A DNA stretch of 64,000 bases, from positions 288,001 to 352,000 of the forward strand of contig CAVOKF010000008.1 of the NCBI GenBank assembly GCA_963696385.1, read 5' to 3'. Below, one piece after another: positions 1 to 8,800 of this stretch. The stretch's first letter is position 1; each line of letters begins with the position of its first letter. Under the pieces are notes generated by a model. That model did not search any database, was not told the DNA's origin, and saw only the letters and a list, made by a program, of their open reading frames with translations. The DNA comes from an uncultured delta proteobacterium. Its GTDB lineage: Bacteria > Myxococcota_A > Polyangia > Polyangiales > Polyangiaceae. Made by a program: the position numbers and the translations under genes.

Positions 1-1956
1 ACTCATTTCCGCACGGCGCTCAACCAATCCAAGTCGCCCGAAGCCGTCGTCATGTTCGGCTCGGAGATCGCGCGCGTGGCGCGCGACGAACTGCACGACT
101 TGCCCGTGGCCATCGACGCGATGCGCCGCGTCCGCGCGCTGGCCCCGCAACACATCCCGTCGCTGCTCACGCTGGCGGAACTGTGCATCGCTCAACGCGT
201 CTGGCCGGACGCCGTCGATGCTCTCGAAGCGGTCGTATCGACGAGCCGAGAGATCGCCCCGAAGCTGACGGCGCTGTTCGCACTCGCGAGCATCTACGAG
301 AAGGTGCTCGCCCGACCCGCCGAGGTCGATCGCGTCTTGCGCGCGGCGCTCGCCATCGAACCGTCCAACGTGCGCGCCCTGCGTGCGTTGCTGCGGCGAA
401 TGACCTCCGAGCCCCCGAAGGCGGCCGAAGACGCGACGCTTTCGCGGCGACGCGAGATCGCCGAGCTTTTGAGTCGTCTGGCCGACGCGGAGAACGACCC
501 GGAGGTCAAGAGTGGCATTTTGATGGAAATGTCCGAGGTGCATCTGCGTATCCACGATCGGCAGGCGGCCGAGCGGGCGCTCGTCGCCGCCGTCGCGATC
601 GCGCCGTCGAATGCGCGCGCCTTCGCGAGACTGACAGGCATGCTGCGGACGGACCCCGCCGGGCAAGCGCGCGCGCTGTCGGGCGTGATCGCGATCGGAG
701 AGCGGATCGGCCACGCGGATGCGCGGTGGTTTGCGGCGCTGGGGCGCACCGAGATCGGCTCGCTCGACCGCCCGCGCGAGGGGATCGCTCACCTCGAACG
801 CGCGATCGAGCTCGACCCGACCCTTTTCGAAGCGCGTTTCGAGCTCGCGAGCGCCTACGCCGCATCGAACGCGAACGACCAGGCGTCGCAGGTGCTCTTG
901 GGGATGCTGGACCCCACGCCGCACCCCCTGCTCTCGCTCTCCGACCCCTCGATGGCCCTTCTGCTGTTGGAGCAGACGCTGACGGCGAGCGGTCGCGGCG
1001 AGGAAGCCATCGTCGTCTCGGAGCTGCGCAGCATGGCCGGGGATCTGGACGACGGACGTCGCGCGTGGCTCCGCGCGCGTCGGATCGTGGCGCCCGATGC
1101 GCAGCACGCCGCACTGGACCGCGCGACGCTCGTCACCCACGTGTTGCCGAGGGACGCTCGTCACGTCCTTCTGGAGGTTGCGGCCGCAATCGCCGGCGCG
1201 GAGTCCAAGATGCTCCGGTCCGAAATCGCCGATCTCGGGATCTCGCCGCGCGATCGGATCCCTTCGCGCAGCGGCCATCCCGTTCGAGTGATGCTCGACC
1301 GCGTCACGCGCCAGCTCGGGGTGAGCGAGGCCGAGCTCGTCATCTCGCGCAAGGTCACGAGCACTCGGGTTTTGGCGCAGGACACGCCTTGGGTGGTCGT
1401 TCCGGCATCCTTGATCGAGCGGTCGGAGACCGTGCAACTCGCCAGCCTGGCTCGCGCCGTCGCTCGCATTGCTTACGGAGTTCCGTGGCTTCGGGAGCTC
1501 AGCCCGGAGCATGTCCAAGCCCTGCTGGTGGCTGCCGCCCGGCAGGTCGTCGCGGGCTACGGCGCCCACACCGGCACGCTCACCGCCCCCTACGAGGCGA
1601 GCCTCGCGCGGGCGCTTACCCGTCGCCAACGCAAGCTTTTGGAGGAGCTCGTCCCGCATCTAGGGTCGACTCGATCGACGCTGCCGGATCCCCGCGAATT
1701 CGTCGATGCACTGGTGTCGGCCGAGTTGCGGACGGCGTTCTTGATCACCGGCGACCTGTTGGCTCTCATCGAGAACGTCGCCCTCGAGGACGACCCCTCC
1801 TTGGCGGACGTCGCCCAATCGAACGGATCCTCCAGCGCTCTCGCCACCGTGGTCAACCACGCGCGGGCGGGTGAAATCATTCGTTTTGCACTGACACCGG
1901 CAGCGACGGCTCTGCGCGTCCGCCTCGGAACTGTATGGTCAGGAACGTCGGCGTAG
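1..1956 (+). CDS. C-terminal part of a large TPR-repeat protein (myxobacterial type), 5'-truncated by the window
   Basis: Frame is open from base 1. Repeated TPR-like helices (ALAIEPSNVRALRAL, AIELDPTLFEARFELASAY). Confidence 0.75.
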   Translation, partial: THFRTALNQSKSPEAVVMFGSEIARVARDELHDLPVAIDAMRRVRALAPQHIPSLLTLAELCIAQRVWPDAVDALEAVVSTSREIAPKLTALFALASIYEKVLARPAEVDRVLRAALAIEPSNVRALRALLRRMTSEPPKAAEDATLSRRREIAELLSRLADAENDPEVKSGILMEMSEVHLRIHDRQAAERALVAAVAIAPSNARAFARLTGMLRTDPAGQARALSGVIAIGERIGHADARWFAALGRTEIGSLDRPREGIAHLERAIELDPTLFEARFELASAYAASNANDQASQVLLGMLDPTPHPLLSLSDPSMALLLLEQTLTASGRGEEAIVVSELRSMAGDLDDGRRAWLRARRIVAPDAQHAALDRATLVTHVLPRDARHVLLEVAAAIAGAESKMLRSEIADLGISPRDRIPSRSGHPVRVMLDRVTRQLGVSEAELVISRKVTSTRVLAQDTPWVVVPASLIERSETVQLASLARAVARIAYGVPWLRELSPEHVQALLVAAARQVVAGYGAHTGTLTAPYEASLARALTRRQRKLLEELVPHLGSTRSTLPDPREFVDALVSAELRTAFLITGDLLALIENVALEDDPSLADVAQSNGSSSALATVVNHARAGEIIRFALTPAATALRVRLGTVWSGTSA

Positions 1957-2063
1957 TACCTCGCCGCGGCGTGGCATTTTGCTCCGTGACAATGCGGTCC
2001 TTTCGGTGTCCACTTCAAGGGTGACCTCGAATCGTCTTGGCCACTTGCGAGCACGGAATAAAG

Positions 2064-2079
2064 CGGCACGCCCGCTGCT
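2064..2079 (+). promoter_or_regulatory. Candidate sigma-54 (-24/-12) promoter
   Basis: CGGCACGCCCGCTGCT has GG-N10-GC spacing and resembles TGGCACG-N4-TTGC; it lies just upstream of the response regulator. Confidence 0.4.
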
Positions 2080-2092
2080 CACTTGATCGCCG

Positions 2093-2530
2093 ATGTCTGG
2101 AGGAGCGCACCGACCCCCGTCCGGAACGAGGAATCGTGTGGCGCGCGTCCTCGTCATCGACGACGAATTGCTCGTGCTCGACTCGATTCGGCGCATCCTG
2201 TCCGACGAGTTCGATCTCATCGGAACGACTCGTCCCGAGCAAGCGCTCGAGTGGATCGCCGCCGGTGAGTACTACGACGTGATCTTGTGCGACGTCATGA
2301 TGCCGACACTCAACGGCGTCGATCTGCGCAACCGCATCGAAGCCGTGGCGCCCGAACAGGCCGCCCGGATCGTATTCGTCACCGGAGGGCTTCTCTTCCC
2401 GCAGGTGCGCGCCATGCTGGACGGCATCGCCAACACGGTGCTCGAAAAGCCGATCGACATCGATGGCCTCCGCGAGCTGATTCGAAGGCGCGTGCGCGGC
2501 GCTTGGCAAGCGCCCGGCCACGCGATATGA
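2093..2530 (+). CDS. Single-domain response regulator (receiver)
   Basis: VLVIDDE, ILCDVMMP (phospho-Asp), FVTG and EKP motifs. Start may be GTG at 2138. Confidence 0.9.
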   Translation: MSGGAHRPPSGTRNRVARVLVIDDELLVLDSIRRILSDEFDLIGTTRPEQALEWIAAGEYYDVILCDVMMPTLNGVDLRNRIEAVAPEQAARIVFVTGGLLFPQVRAMLDGIANTVLEKPIDIDGLRELIRRRVRGAWQAPGHAI

Positions 2531-2537
2531 GCGCTGG

Positions 2538-2762
2538 ATGCGAGGCTTTCTGCGACCTGCAATCCAATCCCAAGCCAGCGCGCCGCAAAGCGCCTTCGGG
2601 GCACTTTCGCGCCATCGTCGTTCGAAGCTCGCCACCGCGGCTCAAACCACCCTGGTCAAGGCCGATCAGTGGGCCCGCGGCGACCAGGTGGCCCCCGAAG
2701 TCGCCGCCGCGTTGGAATCCGGGCTGAAAGCGCTCCAATCGAAGGGTGCCAAAAAAGGGTGA
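2538..2762 (+). CDS. Small basic hypothetical protein (74 aa)
   Basis: ATG 7 nt after the upstream stop; helical, Lys-rich C-terminus with protein-like composition. Confidence 0.6.
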   Translation: MRGFLRPAIQSQASAPQSAFGALSRHRRSKLATAAQTTLVKADQWARGDQVAPEVAAALESGLKALQSKGAKKG

Positions 2763-2914
2763 GGCCCCACCCGGCTTCGCCGGACACACGGTGGACGTTG
2801 TACGGTGCGTTCCAGGCAGAGCCGTATTCCTACAAAATAGCACACGACGAAGTGCAAAAGGGGACGTTGGAGTTCGTCCCCCATAGTGGCTCTCAATCGG
2901 CTGCCCACTCCTTT

Positions 2915-3030
2915 TGGGGGGTTTTCGGGGGGAGCGGCAGCGCGCCCCCCCGGGTGCAAGTGGGCCACGCAGTGGCGAGAGCGGAGCCGAGCGAGCGCCA
3001 GCGAGTCGAGGCGGAGCGAAGCGCTCAGGG
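2915..3030. repeat. Diverged copy of a REP-like hairpin repeat
   Basis: G/C hairpin at 2926-2952, plus tail 2973-3030 nearly identical to 32727-32782. Confidence 0.75.
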
Positions 3031-3056
3031 TCCCGCGGGGTTCTGACAAAAAGTCC

Positions 3057-4157
3057 TCACCCGTTTCGCCTCGCGAACTCCCCCATGAACGACACGAGCG
3101 CACGGACCCACTCGGGATCCACCGCGTTGTAGAGGGAGGCGCGGATGCCACCGACCGAGCGATGTCCGCGCAGGCCGATGAAGTCGTTTTTCTTGGCCAG
3201 GTCGAGGAACTTCCGATCGAGATCCTCGCTCGGGAGCCGAAAGACGACGTTCATGCGCGACCGGCTCCCGATCTCGACGGGGCACCGGAAGAAGCCCGCG
3301 TGGGCGTCCACCATCGCATAGAGATCGGCGGCTTTTGCGCGGTTGCGCTCCTCGATGCCGGCAAGCCCGCCTTGATCGCGCAGCCATTCGAGCACGTTTC
3401 GCACGAGGTAGATCCCGAAGGTCGAAGGAGTGTTCAGTAGCGATCGCGCCTCGGCGTGCGCGCGGTATTGAAGGATCTTGGGCAAGTCCTTGCGGCCCCG
3501 ATCGAGGAAGTCGCGCCGAGCCACGATCAGGGTGACGCCGCTCGGGCCTATGTTCTTCTGTGCCCCCGCATAGATGAGCGCGTACTGCGACACGTCGAGC
3601 TTGCGCGACAGGATGTCGCTCGACATGTCGCAGACCTGCGGGGCGCGCCCGAAACGCTGCAGGTCGAGGTATTGCACCCCGTCAATCGTTTCGTTGCTCG
3701 TGAAATGAACGTAGGCTGCCGCTTCGTCGAGCGAGGCTTGGGCGGGCAGCAACGCACGAATGTACCCCTCGGGCTTCGCCGTCGCCGCGCAGCGCACCTT
3801 CGATCCCGCCACGGTCGCCCACGCGGCGCCCTCTGCGTGCGCCTTTTCGCCCCACGTGCCGGTAACGACGTAGTCGGCCGAAGCGCCGGGCGGCAGGAAA
3901 TTCATGGGAACCAGAGCAAACTGCATCGACGCCCCACCTTGCAAGAACACGACGTCGTAGTCGCTCGGGACCGCCAGCAAATCCCGCACGAGAGCGAGGG
4001 CCTGATCATGAACGATCTCGTATTCCTTGCCCCGATGCGAGTGCTCGATGACGGACATGCCGGTGCCGGCGAAGTCGAGAAATTCGGCTCGCGCGCGTTC
4101 GAGAGCGGCGAGCGGCAGCGTTGCGGGACCGGCGTTGAAGTTCATCGGACGGCGCAT
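3057..4157 (-). CDS. serC: Phosphoserine aminotransferase
   Basis: NFNAGPA, SHRGKEY, DMSSD, GAQKNIGPSG (PLP Lys) and GHRSVGGIRASLYNA motifs. Start reset to MRRPMNF. Confidence 0.97.
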   Translation of the reverse strand: MRRPMNFNAGPATLPLAALERARAEFLDFAGTGMSVIEHSHRGKEYEIVHDQALALVRDLLAVPSDYDVVFLQGGASMQFALVPMNFLPPGASADYVVTGTWGEKAHAEGAAWATVAGSKVRCAATAKPEGYIRALLPAQASLDEAAAYVHFTSNETIDGVQYLDLQRFGRAPQVCDMSSDILSRKLDVSQYALIYAGAQKNIGPSGVTLIVARRDFLDRGRKDLPKILQYRAHAEARSLLNTPSTFGIYLVRNVLEWLRDQGGLAGIEERNRAKAADLYAMVDAHAGFFRCPVEIGSRSRMNVVFRLPSEDLDRKFLDLAKKNDFIGLRGHRSVGGIRASLYNAVDPEWVRALVSFMGEFARRNG

Positions 4158-4262
4158 GGGCAACCAGTGTAGCGAAGAGGTACGGGCCCGCCGTCGTCCC
4201 GACGCGACCGGCCCCGACGCGACGTGCGGGCGACGCCATGGTAGCGTGCGACGAGGTTTCCC

Positions 4263-5207
4263 TTGCGAGCGCTCTTCTTCGGGTCGCCCGCGTTTGCGGT
4301 CCCGTCGCTCGACGCTCTTGCCGGGATCGCCGAGGTCGCGGGCGTCGTCTGCCAACCGGACAAGCCGGCCGGACGCGGCCTGTCCTTGCACGCTCCACCG
4401 ACCAAAATTCGCGCGGCGGAGCTCGGCCTTCCGGTCGTACAGCCGGCCAAGCTGAGGACCGGCGAGTTTGCCGCATGGCTGCGACAACACCCGGTCGACG
4501 TGGCGCTCGTCGTGGCCTACGGGCGAATTCTTCCCCCCGACGTCCTACTTTGCCCACGCCTCGGTTGCGTCAACGTCCACGCGTCGATCCTGCCCAAGTA
4601 TCGCGGTGCCGCGCCGATCCCGTGGGCCATCGTCCACGGCGAGACCGAGAGCGGAGTGACGCTCATGAAGCTCGACGAAGGGATGGACACGGGACCGACG
4701 TTCGCGACCCTCTGTACCCCGATCGGGCCGGAGGAAACGGCCGGGCAGCTCGCCGAGCGACTCGCGACCCTCGGAGCGCAAGCCGTGCGCGAATGGCTTC
4801 CGCGGTTCGTGACAGGGACCTGTTCGCTCGTACCCCAAGACGCCACCCAAGCGACCCTCGCGCCGATTCTGCAAAAGGAGCACGGGCGCATCGCATGGAC
4901 CGACAGCGCCCGCGCCGTTCACGACCACGTTCGGGGCATGAATCCCTGGCCCGGCGCGTTTACCCCTTTGCGCGATCGCACCCTCAAGATTCATGCAACG
5001 CACGTCGTCGACGGCGCGGTGACCGCAGCACCAGCCGGTCGGGTCATCCTCGCGGACAAGTCCCGCGTGCTGGTCGCCTGCGGGTCCGGCACCGTACTGG
5101 AGCTCGTGACCGTACAGCCCGAGGGCCGCCGCATCATGCGCGCGTCGGAATGGTCGCTGGGACGCGCGGTCCACGAGGGCGACTGGCTCGGCGGAGCGCA
5201 CGCCTGA
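4263..5207 (+). CDS. fmt: Methionyl-tRNA formyltransferase
   Basis: FFGSPAFA, QPDKPAGRG, NVHASILPKYRGAAPI and MDTG motifs. Confidence 0.97.
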   Translation: MRALFFGSPAFAVPSLDALAGIAEVAGVVCQPDKPAGRGLSLHAPPTKIRAAELGLPVVQPAKLRTGEFAAWLRQHPVDVALVVAYGRILPPDVLLCPRLGCVNVHASILPKYRGAAPIPWAIVHGETESGVTLMKLDEGMDTGPTFATLCTPIGPEETAGQLAERLATLGAQAVREWLPRFVTGTCSLVPQDATQATLAPILQKEHGRIAWTDSARAVHDHVRGMNPWPGAFTPLRDRTLKIHATHVVDGAVTAAPAGRVILADKSRVLVACGSGTVLELVTVQPEGRRIMRASEWSLGRAVHEGDWLGGAHA

Positions 5208-5271
5208 CCGGCAGCGCGGCCGGTTCGCGGCAGAATCGTCGGCCGGAGTCGCGGCCCCCAGGGCACTCCCG

Positions 5272-5751
5272 CTAACCGAACGCGCCGAAGCACCGGTCGC
5301 CCTTGTCGGTGATGAACGTGCACCACACGAAAATCGAGCCGACCGCCGTGAGCACCAGAGCCTGGACGATGATGACCGCGCGGGCGAACGCGAACAGCCG
5401 CCGAAGCTGAGCCAACGCGTCGACGAGATGGTCGATGTCGTGCCCGCGCGTCCGCAGAATCGCCGAAAGCGATCGGCCGGCCGACATGGTCCACCAAGCC
5501 GTCGGCGTGTAGACGGACGCCACGCCGACGAGCCCCGCCGCGACCCACGGGAAGCCCGTGGACAGGGCCACGACGGCGAACGCCGCGAGTAACCCGCCGA
5601 ACAGCATCAGACAGACGCCCACGAAGCTCATCGAAGCCGCAAGCGATCGAATCGATTCCTTCGTCTCATCCAAGAGCTCGAACGTCCGGCGCTGCGGAGC
5701 GACAGCGGACGAGGACTCGTTCGGAGGGCCTTGCCGAGTCGCGTCGCTCAT
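5272..5751 (-). CDS. Hypothetical membrane protein (about 3 TM)
   Basis: Three hydrophobic segments; TACGTT -10-like box 8 nt upstream of ATG 5751. Confidence 0.65.
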   Translation of the reverse strand: MSDATRQGPPNESSSAVAPQRRTFELLDETKESIRSLAASMSFVGVCLMLFGGLLAAFAVVALSTGFPWVAAGLVGVASVYTPTAWWTMSAGRSLSAILRTRGHDIDHLVDALAQLRRLFAFARAVIIVQALVLTAVGSIFVWCTFITDKGDRCFGAFG

Positions 5752-5874
5752 CGGCCCACAACGTATCGCGCGCCGTGGCGAATCGTGAGCGGTTCCGCAA
5801 AGAGTCGAGCGGTTCGGTGTGCTCAGTCCGGGTACCATTCACTGGGGCGCTGTACTAAAAGGCGCGGCGTCGTA

Positions 5875-8800
5875 GTGCCCGCTCAGCCGCTCGACTCCTT
5901 CGTTCCGCCCGTCGCCGACTGGTTCCGGGCCGCACTGGGGGCACCGAGCGACGCCCAGGTCCTCGGATGGCCGGCAATCCGCCGCGGCGACTCGACGCTT
6001 CTGCTTGCGCCCACCGGATCCGGCAAGACGCTCGCGGCCTTCCTGGTCGCCATCGATCGCCTGCTGCGAAGAGGCGCTCCCCAGTCGCGCGCCGGGCGGG
6101 TGAGCGTCGTCTACGTGTCGCCTCTCAAGGCGCTCGCGGTCGACATCGAGCGCAACCTGCAAACGCCCCTGTCGGGCATCGCCGATTTCGCAGCGCGTGC
6201 CGGCATCGAGCTCTACCGCCCTACCGTCGACGTTCGCACCGGAGACACGCCCGGCACGCAAAGGGCACGGATGCGGCGCAGGCCAGCGGACATCCTCATT
6301 ACGACACCGGAGTCGTTGTACTTGATGCTCACGTCGGCCGCGCGCGACGCCCTCGAGTTCGTAGAAACGCTCATCATCGACGAGGTTCACGCGCTCGTGC
6401 CGACCAAGCGCGGCGCACACCTGATGGTGTCGGTCGAGCGGCTCGCGGCTCGGAGACCACCCGACGCCCCGCCGCTTCAACGCATTGGATTGAGCGCGAC
6501 GCAGCGGCCGATCGACGAAGCAGCCCGCTGGATCGGCGGATTCGAGAACCGGCTGGCCCGGCCCGTCACGATCGTCGATGTGGGGGCGCGAAAAGAGCTC
6601 GACCTGACCGTCGAGGCCATCCCCCCGGCCGTGCTCGGCGGCGCGCCGCTTCCGCCCGATCGAATCGATGCGACGCGGACTCCACCGGCGAGCGTGTGGC
6701 CCGATCTGCACACCCGCATCGTCAATCTGGTGCGCGGACATCGGGCGACGCTCGTCTTCGTGAACAGCCGCCGCCTGGCCGAGAGGCTCGCATCGGCGGT
6801 CAACGACCTTGCCGGCGAAGAAATCGCGCTCGCCCATCATGGCTCACTGTCGAGAGAGAGGAGGACGGCCATTGAAGACCGGCTGAAGCGCGGACAGTTG
6901 CGAGCGATCGTCGCCACGTCTTCTCTCGAACTCGGAATCGACATGGGTGCCCTCGATCTGGTGGTCCAGGTCGAGGCCCCACCGAGCGTCGCGTCGGGCC
7001 TGCAGCGCATCGGCCGGGCGTGCCACGGCCTCGGCGGAATTCCGCATGGCGTCCTGCTCCCGAAGCATCGGCAGGATCTGCTCGCGTGCGCGGCCGCCGC
7101 GATCAGCATGCGGACAGGGCAAGTCGAAGACACCTCTTATCCGCGCAACCCGCTCGATGTCCTCGCCCAGCACATCGTCGCCATGGCCGCGATGGATGAC
7201 GCTTCGGTCCCGGATCTCTTCGACCGCGTACGGCACGCGGCGCCCTTCGCGGATCTGCCGCGATCGGCCTTCGACGGCGTGCTCGACATGCTGAGTGGTC
7301 GTCATTTTTCCGACGACTTCGCGGAGCTCCGGCCGCGCATCACGTGGGATCGCCGCCGGGATATCGTCACGTCGCGCGCGGGCGCGCACAGGATCGCCGT
7401 AACGAACGGCGGAACGATCCCCGACCGCGGATCCTACGGGGTGTTCGCGGCGGCACCGGGCGGAGACCTCGGCGCCCGCGACCCCGGCCGTCGGGTCGGC
7501 GAGCTCGACGAAGAAATGGTGTTCGAATTGCGACCGGGCGAGGTGTTCACGCTCGGAGCGTCGTCGTGGCGCGCCGAAAGGATTACGGCCGACCGCGTGA
7601 TCGTCACGCCGGCGCCCGGTGAGCCCGGAAAGATGCCGTTCTGGCACGGCGATCGACCCGGTCGGGCACGCGCCCTCGGACTGCGCATCGGAGAGCTCGT
7701 CCGGCGCGTGGCTGACCGAGACCTGGCGCCGTCCGATCTTCGGTCGACCCATGCGCTCGACGCGGTCGCCGCGGATGCACTGGTCGGCTACGTCCGCCGG
7801 CAAGTCGAGGCCGGACAGGTGCCGCACGATCGCGCCGTGGTGATCGAACGGTTCGTGGACGAAGCCGGCGACTGGCGCATCGTGGTCCTCTGCCCTCTGG
7901 GCACCGCCGTCCTCACACCCTGGACGATGGCGATTGCCGCGAGGCTGCGCGAGACGTACGGCCCCGTCGACTACCACACGACCAACGACGGATTCGCGCT
8001 TCGGGTCCCGGCGTGCGACGCACCGCCTTCCGCCGAGCGTATCGTGCCGTCACCCGTGGAGATCGAGGCCATGGTCACGGCCTGCCTGCAGGGCACCGCA
8101 CTCTTCGCGGCACGATTCCGAGAGTGTGCCGCACGCGCTCTTCTTTTGCCCCGGCGCGACCCCACGCGCCGAACGCCCCTGTGGGTGCAGCGCAGGCGGG
8201 CCGCGAACCTGCTCGCCGTTGCGTCACGCCATCCGACGTTCCCGATCGTCCTGGAGACGTACCGCGAGTGCTTGCGCGACGTCTTCGACATGCCGGGACT
8301 CGTTTCGACCCTGCGCGATATCGCCGAGCGCCGAGTCCGCGTCACGACCGTGGACGCCCGAGGACCGTCGCCGTTCGCAGCCAGCATCCTATTCTCGTTC
8401 GCCGCTACCTTCGTCACCGAGAGTGCCGCGCCGCCGGCCGAGCGGCGCGCCCAGGCGTTGACGATCGACTTCGGTCGGTTGCGCGACCTCTTGGGCGACG
8501 CCGAGACCGAGCGGCTCCTGGATCCCGAGGTCATCGAAGACTACGAGCGCGGACTGCAGCGCATGGCCCGGCCGGTAACGAGCGCGGACGGCATTCACGA
8601 CATGCTGCTCGCGATCGGCGATCTGTCGGTGCCGGAAATCACCGCGCGTACCGCGCCCGCCGACCGCGCGAACGCCTGGGTGCGTGATCTGCTGAACGCG
8701 GGGCGCGTCGTCACGCTCCGGGTGGGCGGCCAGGATCGCCTCGTCGCGGCAGAGGACGCGGCAAAGTTTCGAGACGGCATCGGCATCGCGTTGCCCGACG

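Noticed and set aside
5780..5875. LexA box upstream of lhr
   Set aside because: Only a partial GCTCAGT match; the left half-site does not fit.
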